Of a DNA stretch of 64,000 nt, positions 27,530 to 63,304 are shown in pieces. A program made the position numbers and the translations under genes. How positions within the stretch are numbered: the first letter of the stretch is position 1; every line of letters begins with the position of its first letter. Below the pieces are notes generated by a model. It made no database searches. It was not told where the DNA came from and saw nothing but the letters and a program-made list of their open reading frames with translations. The stretch comes from Intoshia linei (taxonomy: Eukaryota; Animalia; Orthonectida): contig LWCA01000037.1 in assembly GCA_001642005.1 (NCBI GenBank), positions 1 through 64,000 of the forward strand, given 5' to 3'.

Positions 27530-28489
27530 ATGGATAAAAAAATGTTGATTAGCGCTATTGCAGCGTTTTTTCGCCGTGAAAAGGAAAATTTTGGCAAAGA
27601 AAATAAGATTAGCCAAGTTAATGGTGTAGATTCAATTTTAAATTTAATGAAAAGCGTTTACGCTAATCAAATTGACGAAACAATGGATTCGTCAATATTA
27701 GATAAATTGATTATTTCTAGTGAAAATATCCCACATATGACAGTTTTAAACACTGAAGCAGATGATTGGAAAGTCAAAGGAAACAATTTGATGATTGAAC
27801 AGAAATTAGACGTAATTTTTAATAAATATAGTTTATTTAATCTAATTTAGGAAGCTTTAGTATGTTACGATAAAGCTATCGAAATTAACCCAAGGAACCC
27901 AGTTTTCTATGGAAACAAAGCAGCCGTGTTGAACAAAAAGAAGGATTTTTTAGGATCAATTTACTACTGTGACTTGGCAATTGAAATCGACCCACAATAT
28001 TCAAAAGCCTTTAGTAGGAAAGGATTAGCATTGGTAGGTCTGAATAAACACGAAGATGCTGTTAAATGTTACGAAAAAGCGATAGAATTGGATCCGAAAA
28101 ATGAATCCTATAAAAAAAATTTGCAAATTGCAAAATCCAAACTCCCACAAATTGAAACTCAGACAGCTAATCCGGCTGCAGCTCAAAGTCCTATTCCCGG
28201 TTTGAATTTCGCGGAATTGATGAATAATCCAAATATAATGAATCTTGCGAGTCAAGTCATGCAAGATCCTAATTTACAACAAACTATGGCTTCGATAATG
28301 CAAAATAGTGAAGCTAACTCACCCAACAATGCAATGAACGCTTTCACCAATTTTATATCACAAAATCCAAACTTGGTGAATAATTTGATGGGAAGTTTAA
28401 ACATTAATCAGAATCAAAATGAAAACCCAAACGATGAAACTGACAAGGAAAAAGAAAAAGAGAATCAGAGTGACGAAGATATGTCTTAG
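27530..28489 (+). CDS. SGTA: Small glutamine-rich TPR-containing co-chaperone
   Basis: N-terminal dimerisation-like segment (KKMLISAIAAFF), three TPRs (ADDWKVKGNNLM; AIEIDPQYSKAFSRKGLA; YEKAIELDPKNESYKKNL) and an N/Q/M-rich STI1-like C-terminus. One intron at about 27812-27851. Confidence 0.9.
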
Positions 28490-28640
28490 TTCGTTAATAA
28501 ACATTTATTTTTAATCTTGTGACCTGACATAATAAATTTAGTTAATAGCAACTAGTTAATCGTATTGTAAACAACTTAGTTTGAATTCGAGTTTTTCAAT
28601 TTACTGTTTAGAATCAATGTCGACATGCTAGAAAACTGAC

Positions 28641-48192
<19,552 letters not shown>

Positions 48193-48710
48193 AAAAATGC
48201 TGATTCTATTATGTATATAGACACCGTCATATTTATTACATTTTTATTTTCATTTTTTTTATACTAATCATCCCACATTTGTGAATACTCAAATTTAATT
48301 TATTGGCTCAGTTTTTATTAATTATATCTGTAGATTAACAAGAATGTAATTAACCCTTAGATAATGCGAGCCACGTTTGAATGAAAATAATTTACATTAA
48401 TTCTTATATCATTTTTACTTTTTAGCAGGGCTGGCTGAAATCCTGATACCAGCTGTATTCAGTACAGCTGGTGCCACCCCTGCTTATTAGTAAAGAAATA
48501 AAAATTAATTTACAATGTATGCTAATGACACGTTTTAGCATTCAATTTATACATTATACTTGTTTATATAAAAGTTAAAATTCTGAGCTGTAAGATGCAT
48601 ATGAAAAATACAATGTTTTGGACGCACCCAATACTCAGATCTCAATAGTTTTGATTTTATTGAAAATTTTAATACTCATATCTGAGTTCTTTGGAGTCTA
48701 AGGCTTAAAA

Positions 48711-48912
48711 CAGTGGTTTTCAACCTTTTTGTGTTCGCGACTCCGTTATAAACATAAAAAATTTTGCGACCCAAAAATTTTCAGAATGTAAAAATATTTC
48801 CGTAACATTATTACTGTCAATAATATATTAAAATAAATAAATGTATTCATAAAATTTTCAAATTTTCACCACCCCCTGATTAATTTCGCGACCCCCTGGT
48901 TGAAAAGCAATG
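48711..48912. mobile_element. hAT MITE
   Basis: TIRs CAGTGGTTTTCAACC ... GGTTGAAAAGCAATG with a perfect TSD GCTTAAAA. Confidence 0.9.
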
Positions 48913-49591
48913 GCTTAAAACAATGAACGTGAAAGAGATTGATAATAAAAAAATTTAATTAAAACTTAACTAGAGAGTTTACTTTTCGATTTGACAAATG
49001 TAAACTTCTATATCGTTAAATATGTTGTGTATTTTAGTACTGAATTCACTGTTTTAAAATTTTATTTCAATTCGAATAATTGCTGCTAAATTGAAGTTTA
49101 CTCTAGAAATAAAATTGCATCTATATCCAATTTTGGCTCTAAGAAGCTAAAAAAAATATTTCATCTTAAAATAATGCGTGCTTATTGGCGTGATTAGAAT
49201 TATACATTAATTTTTAATTTATCAGCAAAAATGCGAAATTACACAAGGTTACATCACCTTTTTCTTGAAAATGGTTATGTTTGTATCGTTTTGCAATAAC
49301 ACTGATACGTTCGCTTAAAAATCAACGACGGTACGTATTAATTATGAAATTTGATAGCTTTATTCACAACTCACCTGTTGGAAAGAACCTTTACATCCCG
49401 TAATATATTTAGTTCTATCAACTAGAATAAATGTTAACGACCGAATTGAAAACAAAATTAGTTTTAAACCAGTATTGGACAATTTAAATAAAACATATTT
49501 ATACTGTATAACTAGCCAAACATTTAATATTTGTACACGCTAGATTATTTATTTTAAAAAATTATACATCTAAAGGTGTTTATTGAATTAG

Positions 49592-51925
<2,334 letters not shown>

Positions 51926-51929
<4 letters not shown>

Positions 51930-52773
51930 TGATTAAAATTATCAAATTCATGTGTGTTAAAGTAAACTCCAATAGATATACAAGATATTAATGTAACTAT
52001 AATTCCACAAATATTAAACCAGAGAGAAATATTACTATACTTTACTGAGGTCTTAAAATTGGTGGTTCCGGAAGCCATGAGCGAAAAGAATAATGCAATT
52101 ATACCTAAAAAATAAAGTATTAAGTATAAATATAATTAATGCAATCTTTAATCAATGTTAATACAATTCCAGTTGATATAAATACAAAATTTCCAAAAAA
52201 ACTAATAAAATTCACACCCTAGTCTACACATTTCCTATAGAGATATGTGTGGAAATCTCATCAATTGATTCCTTCGTTTTTTTTTATTTTCATACTGTTC
52301 TTAATTTATTTTTAAGATACACTCATTCTCTTAAATTAAAGAAATGGGATGATAAAATTTTTACAAAATTCTTTACACAAACGCTACAAAATAAAATTAA
52401 GTCGGAATAATTCACTTTAAATTAAAAGGTAATGTTAAATGACGGGTCCAATGTGAAACTTTGTCCAAATGTGTTAAGTGCTGTTTGTACAAAGTACATA
52501 ACAATCAAGCTAGTATATATAAATTTTACATATAAAACGTTATATTTCAATTTGTATTTTCATTGTATAATTACCGAAAAGAGGATTACAACAAAAAAGA
52601 GTAAATATTGATAAAAGCGTATAATTTCTAGAGTTGGTGACGTTATTAACATACACAACATTTACGGGCTGAGAGACTACAACAGTTTGAGGTCGATCCG
52701 TAAGCACTACATCCTCGTATGGTGGAGCGTTTTCATAATTTTTGTCATTGTTCACAAGTGGTTCAGTATACAT
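51926..52773 (-). CDS. CD225/dispanin-family membrane protein
   Basis: Two exons: PPY-containing N-terminus, then NYTLLSIFTLFCCNPLF|GIIALFFS...S, and a second TM helix. This is the typical CD225 pattern with an intron after the CC motif. Confidence 0.8.
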
Positions 52774-53374
52774 TTACTAAATTTTTAAACTTTAGCAGAT
52801 GTATTTTAAATAAATAAGTAATTGACAAAATTTAATTCAGTAAAGATTAAAACAAATACAGTAACAGCATGCATACTGTAAATCCCAAAATATACCTATT
52901 TAAATTTCAAATCCTCTTCGAAAATGAAGTATGCTATGACGACAGTACTATAAAATGATTTTCTAGTTTCTCATGTCACACATTATCTTTTATGCATTTC
53001 AATTTTTTTTTTTCTGTTAATTTTTATACTTGAAATTACAATTATGTCATAATTTAGTATAGTTAATAGGGTGTCCACTTTTTTAAAAATCAAAAAGTAT
53101 ATTTGCATATAGATGTATTTTTATGCGCTGATCACGATTATGTATACACTTTATGTTTTAATTAAGATTTTCTTCGCCTATTTTTTAAAACGTCTTTTAA
53201 TAAAATAAACGTAAACATACCTTTATTTATTTTACAACACAATTGAATTTAATATTGATAAATGCCAAAAGTTAATAATTTAATCTGTAAAAATGGTTTG
53301 AATTGGACACGTTCATATGGTGTAGTGATTAGTGTACCTCTAGATCAGGGGTGCACAACCTGCGGCCTTACGGN

Positions 53375-54030
53375 ATTTAAAATTTACCATTTCAAAAATT
53401 CCACCACTAATAAAATTTAATCAAAAATAACATTTCTAGCCCTCATGGAAAAATTATCTTACACCGATAATCTTTTTAAAAATCCGATTTTACGAAATCT
53501 TATGAAAAAAATCCACTTCATCAAACCGCAAATAAAAAATTAATTTTCCAGCCCTTAATGGAAAAATATCCTTTTTCCAATACTTTTTTTAAAAACCTCT
53601 CATTCCAACCACAAATTACTAACGCTTAAGGGAATTATCCTATTTTTCCAATATTATTTTAAAAAATATTATGAGTTGTTACGAACTGGAATGCTATCAT
53701 CAAGATTGTTAAAATTAAAGGAAGCCCTTATAACCGTTCAACTTACGTCAACACAAAATGAAAGAAATTTCTCTACTGCTTCTATTTTCGTTACAAAACG
53801 TAGAACGTGTTTAAAAGACGAATCTATCAATATTATGTGTGCTTTGAAACACTTTTTCAACAATCTAAAATAAATAATTTTTTTCTAATTAAATTTGTAA
53901 ATTTCAATCTAGATTCTGGTTATTTCATTAATTAAATTTCTTTTTGTTTCTAAAATTTTTAATGCTTCTATATTATATATGAATACAAAAAATTTATTTT
54001 TCCCGGGAAATTAAAAATTAAATTTCCCGT
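53375..54030 (+). mobile_element. Second copy of the hAT deletion derivative
   Basis: ORF 53676-53873 contains TSTQNERNFSTAS...KRRTCL. Sequence is colinear with 44930-45570. Confidence 0.8.
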
Positions 54031-54506
54031 CTTCTTCTAGTAAACTTCTAGGTTCTGATTAGAAAATTAATTTTTTCAAAATTATTTCGCGGACCGGCAT
54101 TTGGGAAACGCTTTTATAGCGTATAGATCATGTATACGGTTATTATGTATATATACGCAACCTCGCGAAAAATTTTGCGGTACACAGTTTGGGAATCATT
54201 GGTTGGGCTGTATTTTTAAAAAATAGAAAAATGGACTTGGTGATCAAATTTTTTATTGGTAAAAGTAATAAAATGAATTAGTGGGAATCCAATTTAACAT
54301 GATTTCATGACACTGGAAACACATGAATGTAAATTTTAACACATTTTAAAGTTTAAAATTTAAACGATCATAAACCATAATTTATAAAAATCTATATGTT
54401 TAGTTATTGAACGACGTTTGCAAGGTATTAGAAGACAAAAAATGGACAGATTACTACCAAAAATAAAAATAACCGTTAGATACGTAGATTTGAAAATGTC
54501 AACATG

Positions 54507-55972
54507 TTATGACACCTTTAATAAATTTGACAATGTACATTGGCATGTCATGATCGACATTGAGGTTTTACTCTGACGACTATGACTATGATAAGGACAA
54601 TAAAGAGATTCTCTAATATCTGTGATGGGTGTTTGTTTTTGTTGAATAGGGATATTGTGAGTATAATTCTTATTGTGTATTTCGCAATTTTCAGTTTCAC
54701 CATGATCAAAATAAGGTTTAGTATTATAAGCATCGTACATAGTATTAGAGCTGGCATCATTTTTGGTAGACCTATTAATTTTGGATCTAAGCTTTAAATA
54801 CTTTAAATACAAATAAAAATATTAATTACCTCTTTATATAAACTATGCACACAATTATAGCAAATATGTATATGATTATAACTATTCCAATTCCAATTAG
54901 CATGAAATTGTACATGGCTAAATAAAACATTAATTAAGATAATAAAATATTAAAATTATACTGATTAGAAAAACCGAAAACATTATCATTCATTGATAAG
55001 TCTAGATAATAATTACAAAAAAATGAAAGAAACTACGTAATTGACTGCAATTGAGTTTCCCCTTATCAGCAGACATCCATTCTCCATCGCCACATTTATA
55101 AATTTGGAAATTGTTAACCTTTTTGCAGTAAACAATTAAATGGGTCTTATAAATATATTTAGAATCGTTGTTATTACTTAGTTGATTAACTTTCGATTTA
55201 AAATTACTTTTATATTTAATTATAAAACTTTTCTCCACATTGGTGTAAATCTCGTAATTTATATAAATATAAATTACATTGCTCAAACTAATGTATTGGG
55301 TTTTTTGAATATGAGAAAAATTTCAGTTTTGACTGGGGTAACTACAAATTTACCATTTTTTATTTACGACTGGTTCGTAGATGTATCTAATAATATCCAG
55401 GCAATATTTGGATCTCTGGTTTAGATTGTTGTTATATTGTAGGTAATGTGAATTTGTAGGTCGGAACTCATTACCTTCTGTAAAAGACAAACTTTCGGAT
55501 GCGAAATTATAAAAAATTAAGTGTAATTTTTCATACTCTATTACACTCAATTTGAGAGGAAATTGGTTAGAGCACGTGTCAAACGTCCAATTTTGAATAT
55601 ATTCCATAGATTTAGATAAATTCAAAGTTAAATTATTGCAAATATACGATGCAGCGACTTTTATAACTAAAAATAACAACAAAAAAACAAAAAATTACCT
55701 TTTACGCAATGATATCTAACATCAAGGTAAACTGAAACATCTTTTAGGTACATATTCAAACGTAAAAGTTTAGGGTTGGAAACTTGAAATGAGCATTCTA
55801 TTTTTCCAGAACATTCACGATTCACAAAATTAATGACATTAGCACGACAGCCAACATATCCAAAATTCCTGGAAACGCATTTTCCTAGTTGCATTCGACC
55901 CAAATAAGCACTGTCTGCTCTGCTATACAGTATTGTTGACTCGTGTCTAAATTTAATGGAACATAATATCAA
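54507..55972 (-). CDS. Type I membrane protein with a SUEL/Gal-lectin-like domain (5' end unresolved; possibly degenerate)
   Basis: AYLGRMQLGKC...GC...VINFVNRECSGKIECSF...YLDVRYHCV is a SUEL-like Cys pattern. It is followed by a beta-rich region, a TM exon (FMLIGIGIVIIIYIFAIIVCIVYIKR, about 54830-54917) and a polar tail. Confidence 0.6.
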
Positions 55973-58086
55973 AATATACCTACCACCTAAATTCGTTTAT
56001 TGGGCCTGTGCGAGGATATTAATCACAATGATTAACTTTAAAAGCATCCTAAAATCTTATCAACAAATTTATACATTCAATTTAGCGAAAAACTTGACTA
56101 AAATTACCCACAAAGAAAATATAATGTAGTTAATCTTTAGTGTATTGATTTTCAATGTAGATTATTTTTTTAAATTAATTCAATTACATCAAATTAAATT
56201 GTGAGCTCTCGTTTCAGAAACAAAATTACCAGAAATGGGCAAGACCGTAGCGACAAAACACTTGTCGCTAATTTTAAAATTTACTAATGAAATTACAGTT
56301 CAACGACTTGGAATTTGATTTTCAATAAAGCCGCACAATAATTTGCTTTCTTGACTAATTATAATTATATACTTGAACATTTTAAAATGAATTAGTCATT
56401 CAATTCCATTAGGTAAAAGGTTTATATTGTATAAATTAGACAAATGCAAAAATTTTGTTCATTATAAACAATAGCACAAATTATCACATCTTTAATCCAA
56501 ATACTGGGGGATTACACGATTCCTTGAGAATATAATTTCGCTTAGACATTTCTACAATCAACTGTAATATATTCCGACAATCGTCTGTTCAATTTAATTA
56601 GTAGCCATATAATATATTCAATACCGATTCCACTGTGTTTACGGCCGAAATGAGTCAACTTAAAATAGAGAAGCATTTCTTCCAAGCCATTCGACGGCCA
56701 TTTATGCGTCAAGTTGCAAAATTCCTATATTTTAATTAATATTTAATTTGCAATTCGACGCCAAAGCTAGCTATATATATAGTGCATAGACACTACAAAT
56801 CCAATTTTGGATTTTTTATGGATGGTAAAATCCTTACTTATAAAATAATTTAGCTAAAAATGTAAAATGTCATTTATTTACGAAAGTAAGAAGGTAAGAG
56901 TTTTAAAACACCAATTTTCAAGACAGTTTTTCATGGGTCTTGTTTTATTTTTATAAATTGACTCATTCAGAGTAAAACCTAAATTACCCCTTTTTTTTTA
57001 ATAAAATGAGTCCTAGAATGTTACAAAACATTGATTCTGGGATAGTTTTTAAAATCTCAAATTAATCGAAAATATCAAACTCAGAAACTTAAATCTTCGT
57101 GATCACCACAAATGAACCCGTAAATTAATTTTTTTTTAAAAAAATGAAAATTTCAGAATATTATAAAACATAATTCTAGAATAGTTTTTAAAATCATGAG
57201 CATTATCATAAATCGCAACCTCAGAAACTTGCATTTTCACGATCAGAAGCAAGATTCCTTTTTTTAAAAATAAAATGAATCATAGAATGTTACAAAACTT
57301 TGATTCTGAAAGAGTTTTTAAGTTTGAGTTTTTTAGGGCGAGGGTGATGCCACAGATTCAACGAGTTAATCACCTCTTTGATATTAATCCATTTGGAAAA
57401 ATAATTTGGAATTTCCATATTTAAAAATTGGCATTGTTTTTTTAACCTAAAATAAAAAATAAAAATTGACAAAAACCATAAATACGCAATATTTAAATCC
57501 CAATTGCCACATGTAATAAAAACAGTGTTGTCTACACTTAAATTATTTGATTCGTACCATTTTTGAAATTTCTAATAATAAAATGATATAAATAACCCAG
57601 AAAAAAAACCTGCATTACGACTGGAAACTCGTCTTCGTTTTTTAGTTTATTAGGGTGAATTCCAGTCAACTAAAATAAAGGAATTACAAATGTAAACTAT
57701 TGTAAAAATGACAAAAAAATCTTTACTTGAGTGCAAAAACTGGTAAGTTTCGTATTTACTGTTGGTCTAACAAATTCATGAAAAATACTACATTGTTTCA
57801 GAGTCTCTTTTTCAATTAAAATGGTGGGGAATTCTATAATTTCCTTCAAAAATTTAAAATTTAATACACGATAATACCAAAGGTTCAGGTTGTATCAATT
57901 TGTCGCAATTTGCTTCGAAATCAAGGATAATGTAGTATTTTAATCGATTCACATATGAAGATAATTTGATAAAATTCATTATAATTAAAGTGTAAATTAA
58001 TAATTTAGATATTTAACTGAAAGGTTAGTTTATTTTAAAGTTTTTTAAAAATAAAGTCACATTTTAATTGGTAAAATTTAAATTTA

Positions 58087-58901
58087 ATGTATCAATTGAC
58101 TCACGAAGAATTTCTGAGAGATGAAACTGACAAATTTATACTCAATGAAACACCATTTGATAGAATCAAATTTATATGGAATAATGGAACATTTAGACAA
58201 AAAAATGATTCTTTACCAAAAATATTAACTTTGGCAAATATAACCGGTTTTAGTTTTTTAACATGCAATTTTATGTCTGGAGCGTTGATTGGTGCATTAA
58301 ATGCACTAAAATGCTCAAAAGCTAAAAATAGATACACAGCATATCCGTCAATTATTGCCGCACAAGTAACGTTTTTGAACTTTTTTAAACACTTATACAA
58401 TTATTCATTTTAGCGAGTACATTTCTTGTCCATGGGTAAAATGGCACTTGTCAGAGGGATGCAAAATTGTCTAAGTACTGCACCTTTTATTGGACTTAGT
58501 TTGTACGGTATTGATGAATCTAACTAAACACTTTTAGATTCGTTTGGTTACACTGTATGACATATTCTAATCAACTAAGCATTCACCAATTTCCCATTTC
58601 TACAGGTTCAAATATTTTTTGTAATATGGAATGACAAAATAACATAAACATGTAGCCATTGCTGGAATGGCAACTAAATGGCACCGTGGATTTAAAGGAT
58701 CTTTAGGCGGAGCTTTGATCGGTTTGACGTTAGGGTAAGTAAAAACAAATTATCAATTTATAAATACTAAACATTAGCCTAATTACAACTCCAATCATTT
58801 CCTTGTCTGCTTATATGACTGGGTTTGATGTAGCTCAATACCATTATCAGGATATTTACAAAATAATTGAACATGATAATTGGCACCATAAAAAAATTTA
58901 A
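58087..58901 (+). CDS. TIMMDC1: Tim17/22/23-family complex I assembly factor, TIMMDC1-like
   Basis: Five exons: ETPFDRIKFIW, Y-x5-AAQR, RGMQNC, HQFPISTAIAGMATKWHRGFKGSLGGALIGLTLG. These resemble TIMMDC1 (E-x-GWDRL; GLRGLVAGGIIGALLG). Confidence 0.65.
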
Positions 58902-58931
58902 TTTATTCTTTATTAAACTTTTTTCGTTACA

Positions 58932-61900
58932 TTACATTTTTTTTCGCGTTCTGCGACCCGGCATTTTTGCTTTTTCAAATATTACTTCTTCTCTGTGATA
59001 ATTTTGAGGGTTAATTTCTTGTAATATGTTGGTAATATTGAGTCCATCCGGACCATCTACTTCAATCTAATTTATTCCAATTAAAATTAAAAAAATACAT
59101 GAAAATGTATTTTGTACAATGTTCATTTAAGATTTCAACGACTTGGGTATAAAAAACTTCCCTTAAAAAACCTTACCAAATTTGGCACCAACTTATTTTC
59201 AAAATGGTTAAAAATTGGGTAAAAAAACTTCGCTTAAAAAACCTTATCAAAATTTGGTCTCAAAATTATATTTAAAATATTGAACGGATTTTTTTTTTTT
59301 TGCCAAATTTTTAAAGATTTTTATGATCATTTTTCTACCAAAATTTTTTCATCCAATTTTTAAAGGTTGGGTGGTCTTGATATCTTGATTTTTAAAAATT
59401 TTTAGTGAAAAAAACTTACCTTAAAACCCCTATCAAATTTTGGTCCCAAAATTATCTTCAAAATCTTTAAAAATTGGGGTTCCCTATCAGATCATCATTA
59501 ATCATTTTATAATAAAGTTATTTCATCACCAATCATCTCATCAGTAATTCATATTATCAGTTTCATTCTCATCAGTAATTTTAATACATTTTCGATTTTA
59601 AATTCATTTTATATATATTTTTAATTTCTTTTGATCTCACAATCTGTATTGTTATCGACAAGATTAACATTATTTTTCAATTAAAAATAATCCTTTTCAA
59701 ATTTGTTGTTATTTAAGTATTATCTTTGGAAGTGTGATCTTGTTTATAATTCGAGCTGAATATACATTTGAATACTACTTATTTTTGTATAATTAGGAAT
59801 AAATACATTTTTTCTCAGAAATCAACAACAGATATATAAAGTTGTCCAGTTTTGAATGAACAATATAATATTTGGAACAAATTAAATTTTATCAACATAA
59901 CATATAATTAATTAAATTAATATAAATCATAAAGATTAAAATATTTATTCAAAATTAAGAGATATACCCTGAAGATTTTCTACATTATCAAATAAATTTA
60001 ATACATTTTGCTCAGCTAAAATATGTTCCTTTTTTTCTTGAAAAGATTCTACCACCAATATATAAAATATGTCATAATCAATTAAATTTAATNTTTTCAA
60101 ATTTGTTGTTAAGTATTATCTTTGGAAGTGTGATCTTGTTTATAATTCGAGCTGAAATACATTTGAATATTGCTTATTTTTGTATAATTAGGAATAAATA
60201 CATTTTTTCTCAGAAATCGACAACAGATAGGTGAAGTTGTCCAGTTTTGAATGAACAATATAATATTTGAAACAAATTAAATTAATATAAATCATAAAGA
60301 TTAAAATATTTATTCAAAATTAAGAGATATACCCTGAAGATTTTCTAGTAATGTTCTATTTTCTACATTATCAAATAAATTTAATATATTTTGCTCAGCC
60401 AAAATGTTCCTTTTTTTTTCTTGGAAAGATTCTACAACCAATATATAAAATATGTCATAATCAATTAAATTTAATACTAATTATATCTAATATTAATCTT
60501 AAATTACAAATTATTAAAACAATTGACATAAAACTGATGACAAAATACTGATAATACGAATTACTGATGAAACGATTGCTGATGAAATAATTTTATTATG
60601 AAATGATTGCTGATGACACGATTACTGATAATGTGAATAAGCACGAAAAATTGGGTATAAAAAACTTCCCTTAAAAAACCTTACCAAATCTTGGCACCAA
60701 CTTATTTTCAAAATCTTTAAAAATTGTGTGAAAAAAGCTTCCCTTAAAAACGCTATCGAATTTTGGTCCATAAATTATTTTCAAAATGGTTAAAAATTGG
60801 GTGAAAAAACCAATAACATAATTGATTAGCAAAATCTATGATTATATCGCTCTAAGATATATCGCTCAACTGAATGTTCGCCACAATGTACATTGTACAT
60901 TTATTTATTTTGTAAATTACATTTTTGAAAATTTCCACGTCAAATTTTTTTATATAGTTGACTATTGCAGATCGAGATGAGGCGTATATCATTCTGTCTT
61001 TAATTTTACAGCCACTTTCAGGGAGGGTGTATATAAAAACTAAATGAATTAAAATAAAATTGATTAAATTTAAATTTTTTTAAGAGTATTGGATTAGGGT
61101 GTTTAAAAGGTGGCCTATAAAAAAATACCAATTTTGTTTTCTGACGGGATATTAAATAAATGATATCTAGGTTCATCCTGGTCGTATTGATTTATCAATT
61201 GATCGAAATCAATTTTTTTGTGGCAATCAAAAACGAAACGTTCATCTTTTATTTTCTATCATTACATTTAATTATAAATACACGACTTTTAAACTCACCA
61301 TTCTTAGGTAATTGTATTTTGATTTATTGAAAGATTTTATGTTTGTTGAAAGAATATCATCAATAGGAAATTCTATTGCTCCACTAGATACAGAAACCAA
61401 TTTTTGATTCATCAACATTGTCTAATTATATTATAGTTTACTAGTTAGTTTGTTATTTATTGATAGTTTAATAAACAAAAATTACTGTCTGATGATTGAC
61501 TTCCTGGAGTGAAATTTCTGCTTGAGTCAATGGAGGTGGTATTGTTGAATCCGAGTAATTGCGATAAGCCGAGAACTCAAGATCTTTCTAAAAGTCAATA
61601 AAAAACAGTCGGTAATAAAAAACTTTTGAGTAAACGTTATACTCTTTAATGGATTCATTAATTTCTCTCTTTAGAGTCGATCTTGTTCCAGCATAAAGCA
61701 TTTTATGACGTACCTAATAAGATAATCATCGTAGAGGTTAACATTATACCGAGCTGGTCTCCGGAATGTACATAATAAAAAGCCAATATGTGTCGCAATG
61801 AAAAAGAATATACAAAGGTTCAGTTGAATCGCCGTGTAATGTGATAAATTCTTGGTAATCCGACTTGACGTCCGCATTTTTCACATGGTTCGAAATCAAA

Positions 61901-62093
61901 CAAAGTTCAACTAGACAGTCATGATTAATGATATTTACATTAAAAAGTATATTACCGTCTTGTATATTCATTAAAATGCATCTATATAATGATTTCTTAG
62001 CCAAAATATCTTTTACTTCTCTAGTAACTAAATTTCATGAATAAATAAATAATTAAAAATTAATTAACTCTTTATTCCGGTTGAGTGAGACAT
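58932..62093 (-). CDS. TWF1: Twinfilin (two ADF-H domains)
   Basis: MSHSTGIK, VRHKMLYAGTRSTLKRE, PPPLTQAE, EPRYHLF, VFIYTLPESGCKIKDRMIYASSR and a basic C-terminal tail (FEKAKMPGRR). Confidence 0.93.
59478..60645. mobile_element. MULE/foldback-like non-autonomous element (partly duplicated at the N join; another copy 44181-44685)
   Basis: About 100-bp imperfect TIRs built from CATCAG/CTGATG units, flanked by a 9-bp direct repeat AAAAATTGG (59469-59477 and 60646-60654). The left end GGTTCCC is identical in the second copy. Confidence 0.7.
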
Positions 62094-62239
62094 TTTATAA
62101 TTATTATGTCGAATATAATTATATTACATGTACAAAAGTAAATACTAAACAACAATTCTATGGTTATCTCAATAAATAGACCAAAATCAATAAATAATAT
62201 TAATTTTAATAAATAAAAATTGTATAATTGTTATACAGA

Positions 62240-63304
62240 TTAAGTTATCACTGATTCACCAGATTGTTGCAATGCAACATTGGAATGATCTTGTGAGTTG
62301 TAGACATTTATATTCCGTCGTATAGATTCGGCCATATCGATGTAATTAATTCGTTGAGAATAGAAATTTATAAATTCTCCATTTGGAGACATGAGAAATG
62401 AAATTATAGAATGGTCCACAATATAATCATTGTCAGCATCTTTCATACCAGGACTATAGTATATTCGATAAGCCTTGGCAATCTAAATAATTGAAATTAA
62501 TGAGGACGTACCGATAAAAATAACCTTTTTAATAGTTTCCGGTGTGTCTGTAGTTAATCCAACAAATTTATTTGAAAATTCAGCCAAGTATTCGTTAATC
62601 ACTTGGCAGTTGTCACGTTCTGGATCAACTGTTATAAAAATAGGTGTTATTTTCAAAGGACCAAACTGATTATATCCCTGAATTTTGTCAATCTTCATAA
62701 TAAACCATTTCTTAATACTTTCAGTAATTGAAAGCTTAACGGTTACATCTTTGTCCTCTTCGTATTCATCATCTTCATCCCTAACAACAATACTTGGAGT
62801 TTGATCTAATACGTCTATAGCTTTAACAATCTTATCAAGTTCAGATGGACATACATCTGGACATTTTGTAAAACCAAAATATACCAACGTCCATTGACCA
62901 AGAAAATCTTTATCTGTCATTAATTTGCCCGTTTTTGTATTAATAAGTTCGAATGGACCGCCAATATCAGCACTACCTACATTAGCCATATTCTGCATGG
63001 TTTGATATCGATCTTCCAAAGCCACATTGATAAAGTATGCTAGAGTACAGAATGTACCACCCATACACAAAATAAATAAATATAGCTTCCATCCTAAATA
63101 TGATTTACTCAATTCATTTTGATTACGTAAATGCCTCAATTGGATCAATTTAAAATTATTTGATTTTTTTGTAATTAACTTGGTATTTGATAGTGTATTC
63201 ATTCGACAGTATGTTCTTGAGAGTAATGGACAAGTCAAGGCTTTTGAAAAACCATTTCTCAAAAAACACGAATGGACGTTTCGCGATGTCAAAATTTTTA
63301 GCAT
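62240..63304 (-). CDS. SCO1: SCO1/SCO2 mitochondrial copper chaperone
   Basis: Transit-like N-terminus, TM helix, IGGPFEL, YFGFTKCPDVCPSEL (CxxxC), PIFITVDPERD and DYIVDHSII. One intron at about 62483-62524. Confidence 0.95.

Noticed and set aside
59680-60480. Apparent tandem duplication inside the MULE-like element
   Set aside because: The two copies are separated by N60093, and the second is essentially identical to 44369-44685. This is best explained as overlapping contig ends in a collapsed repeat.
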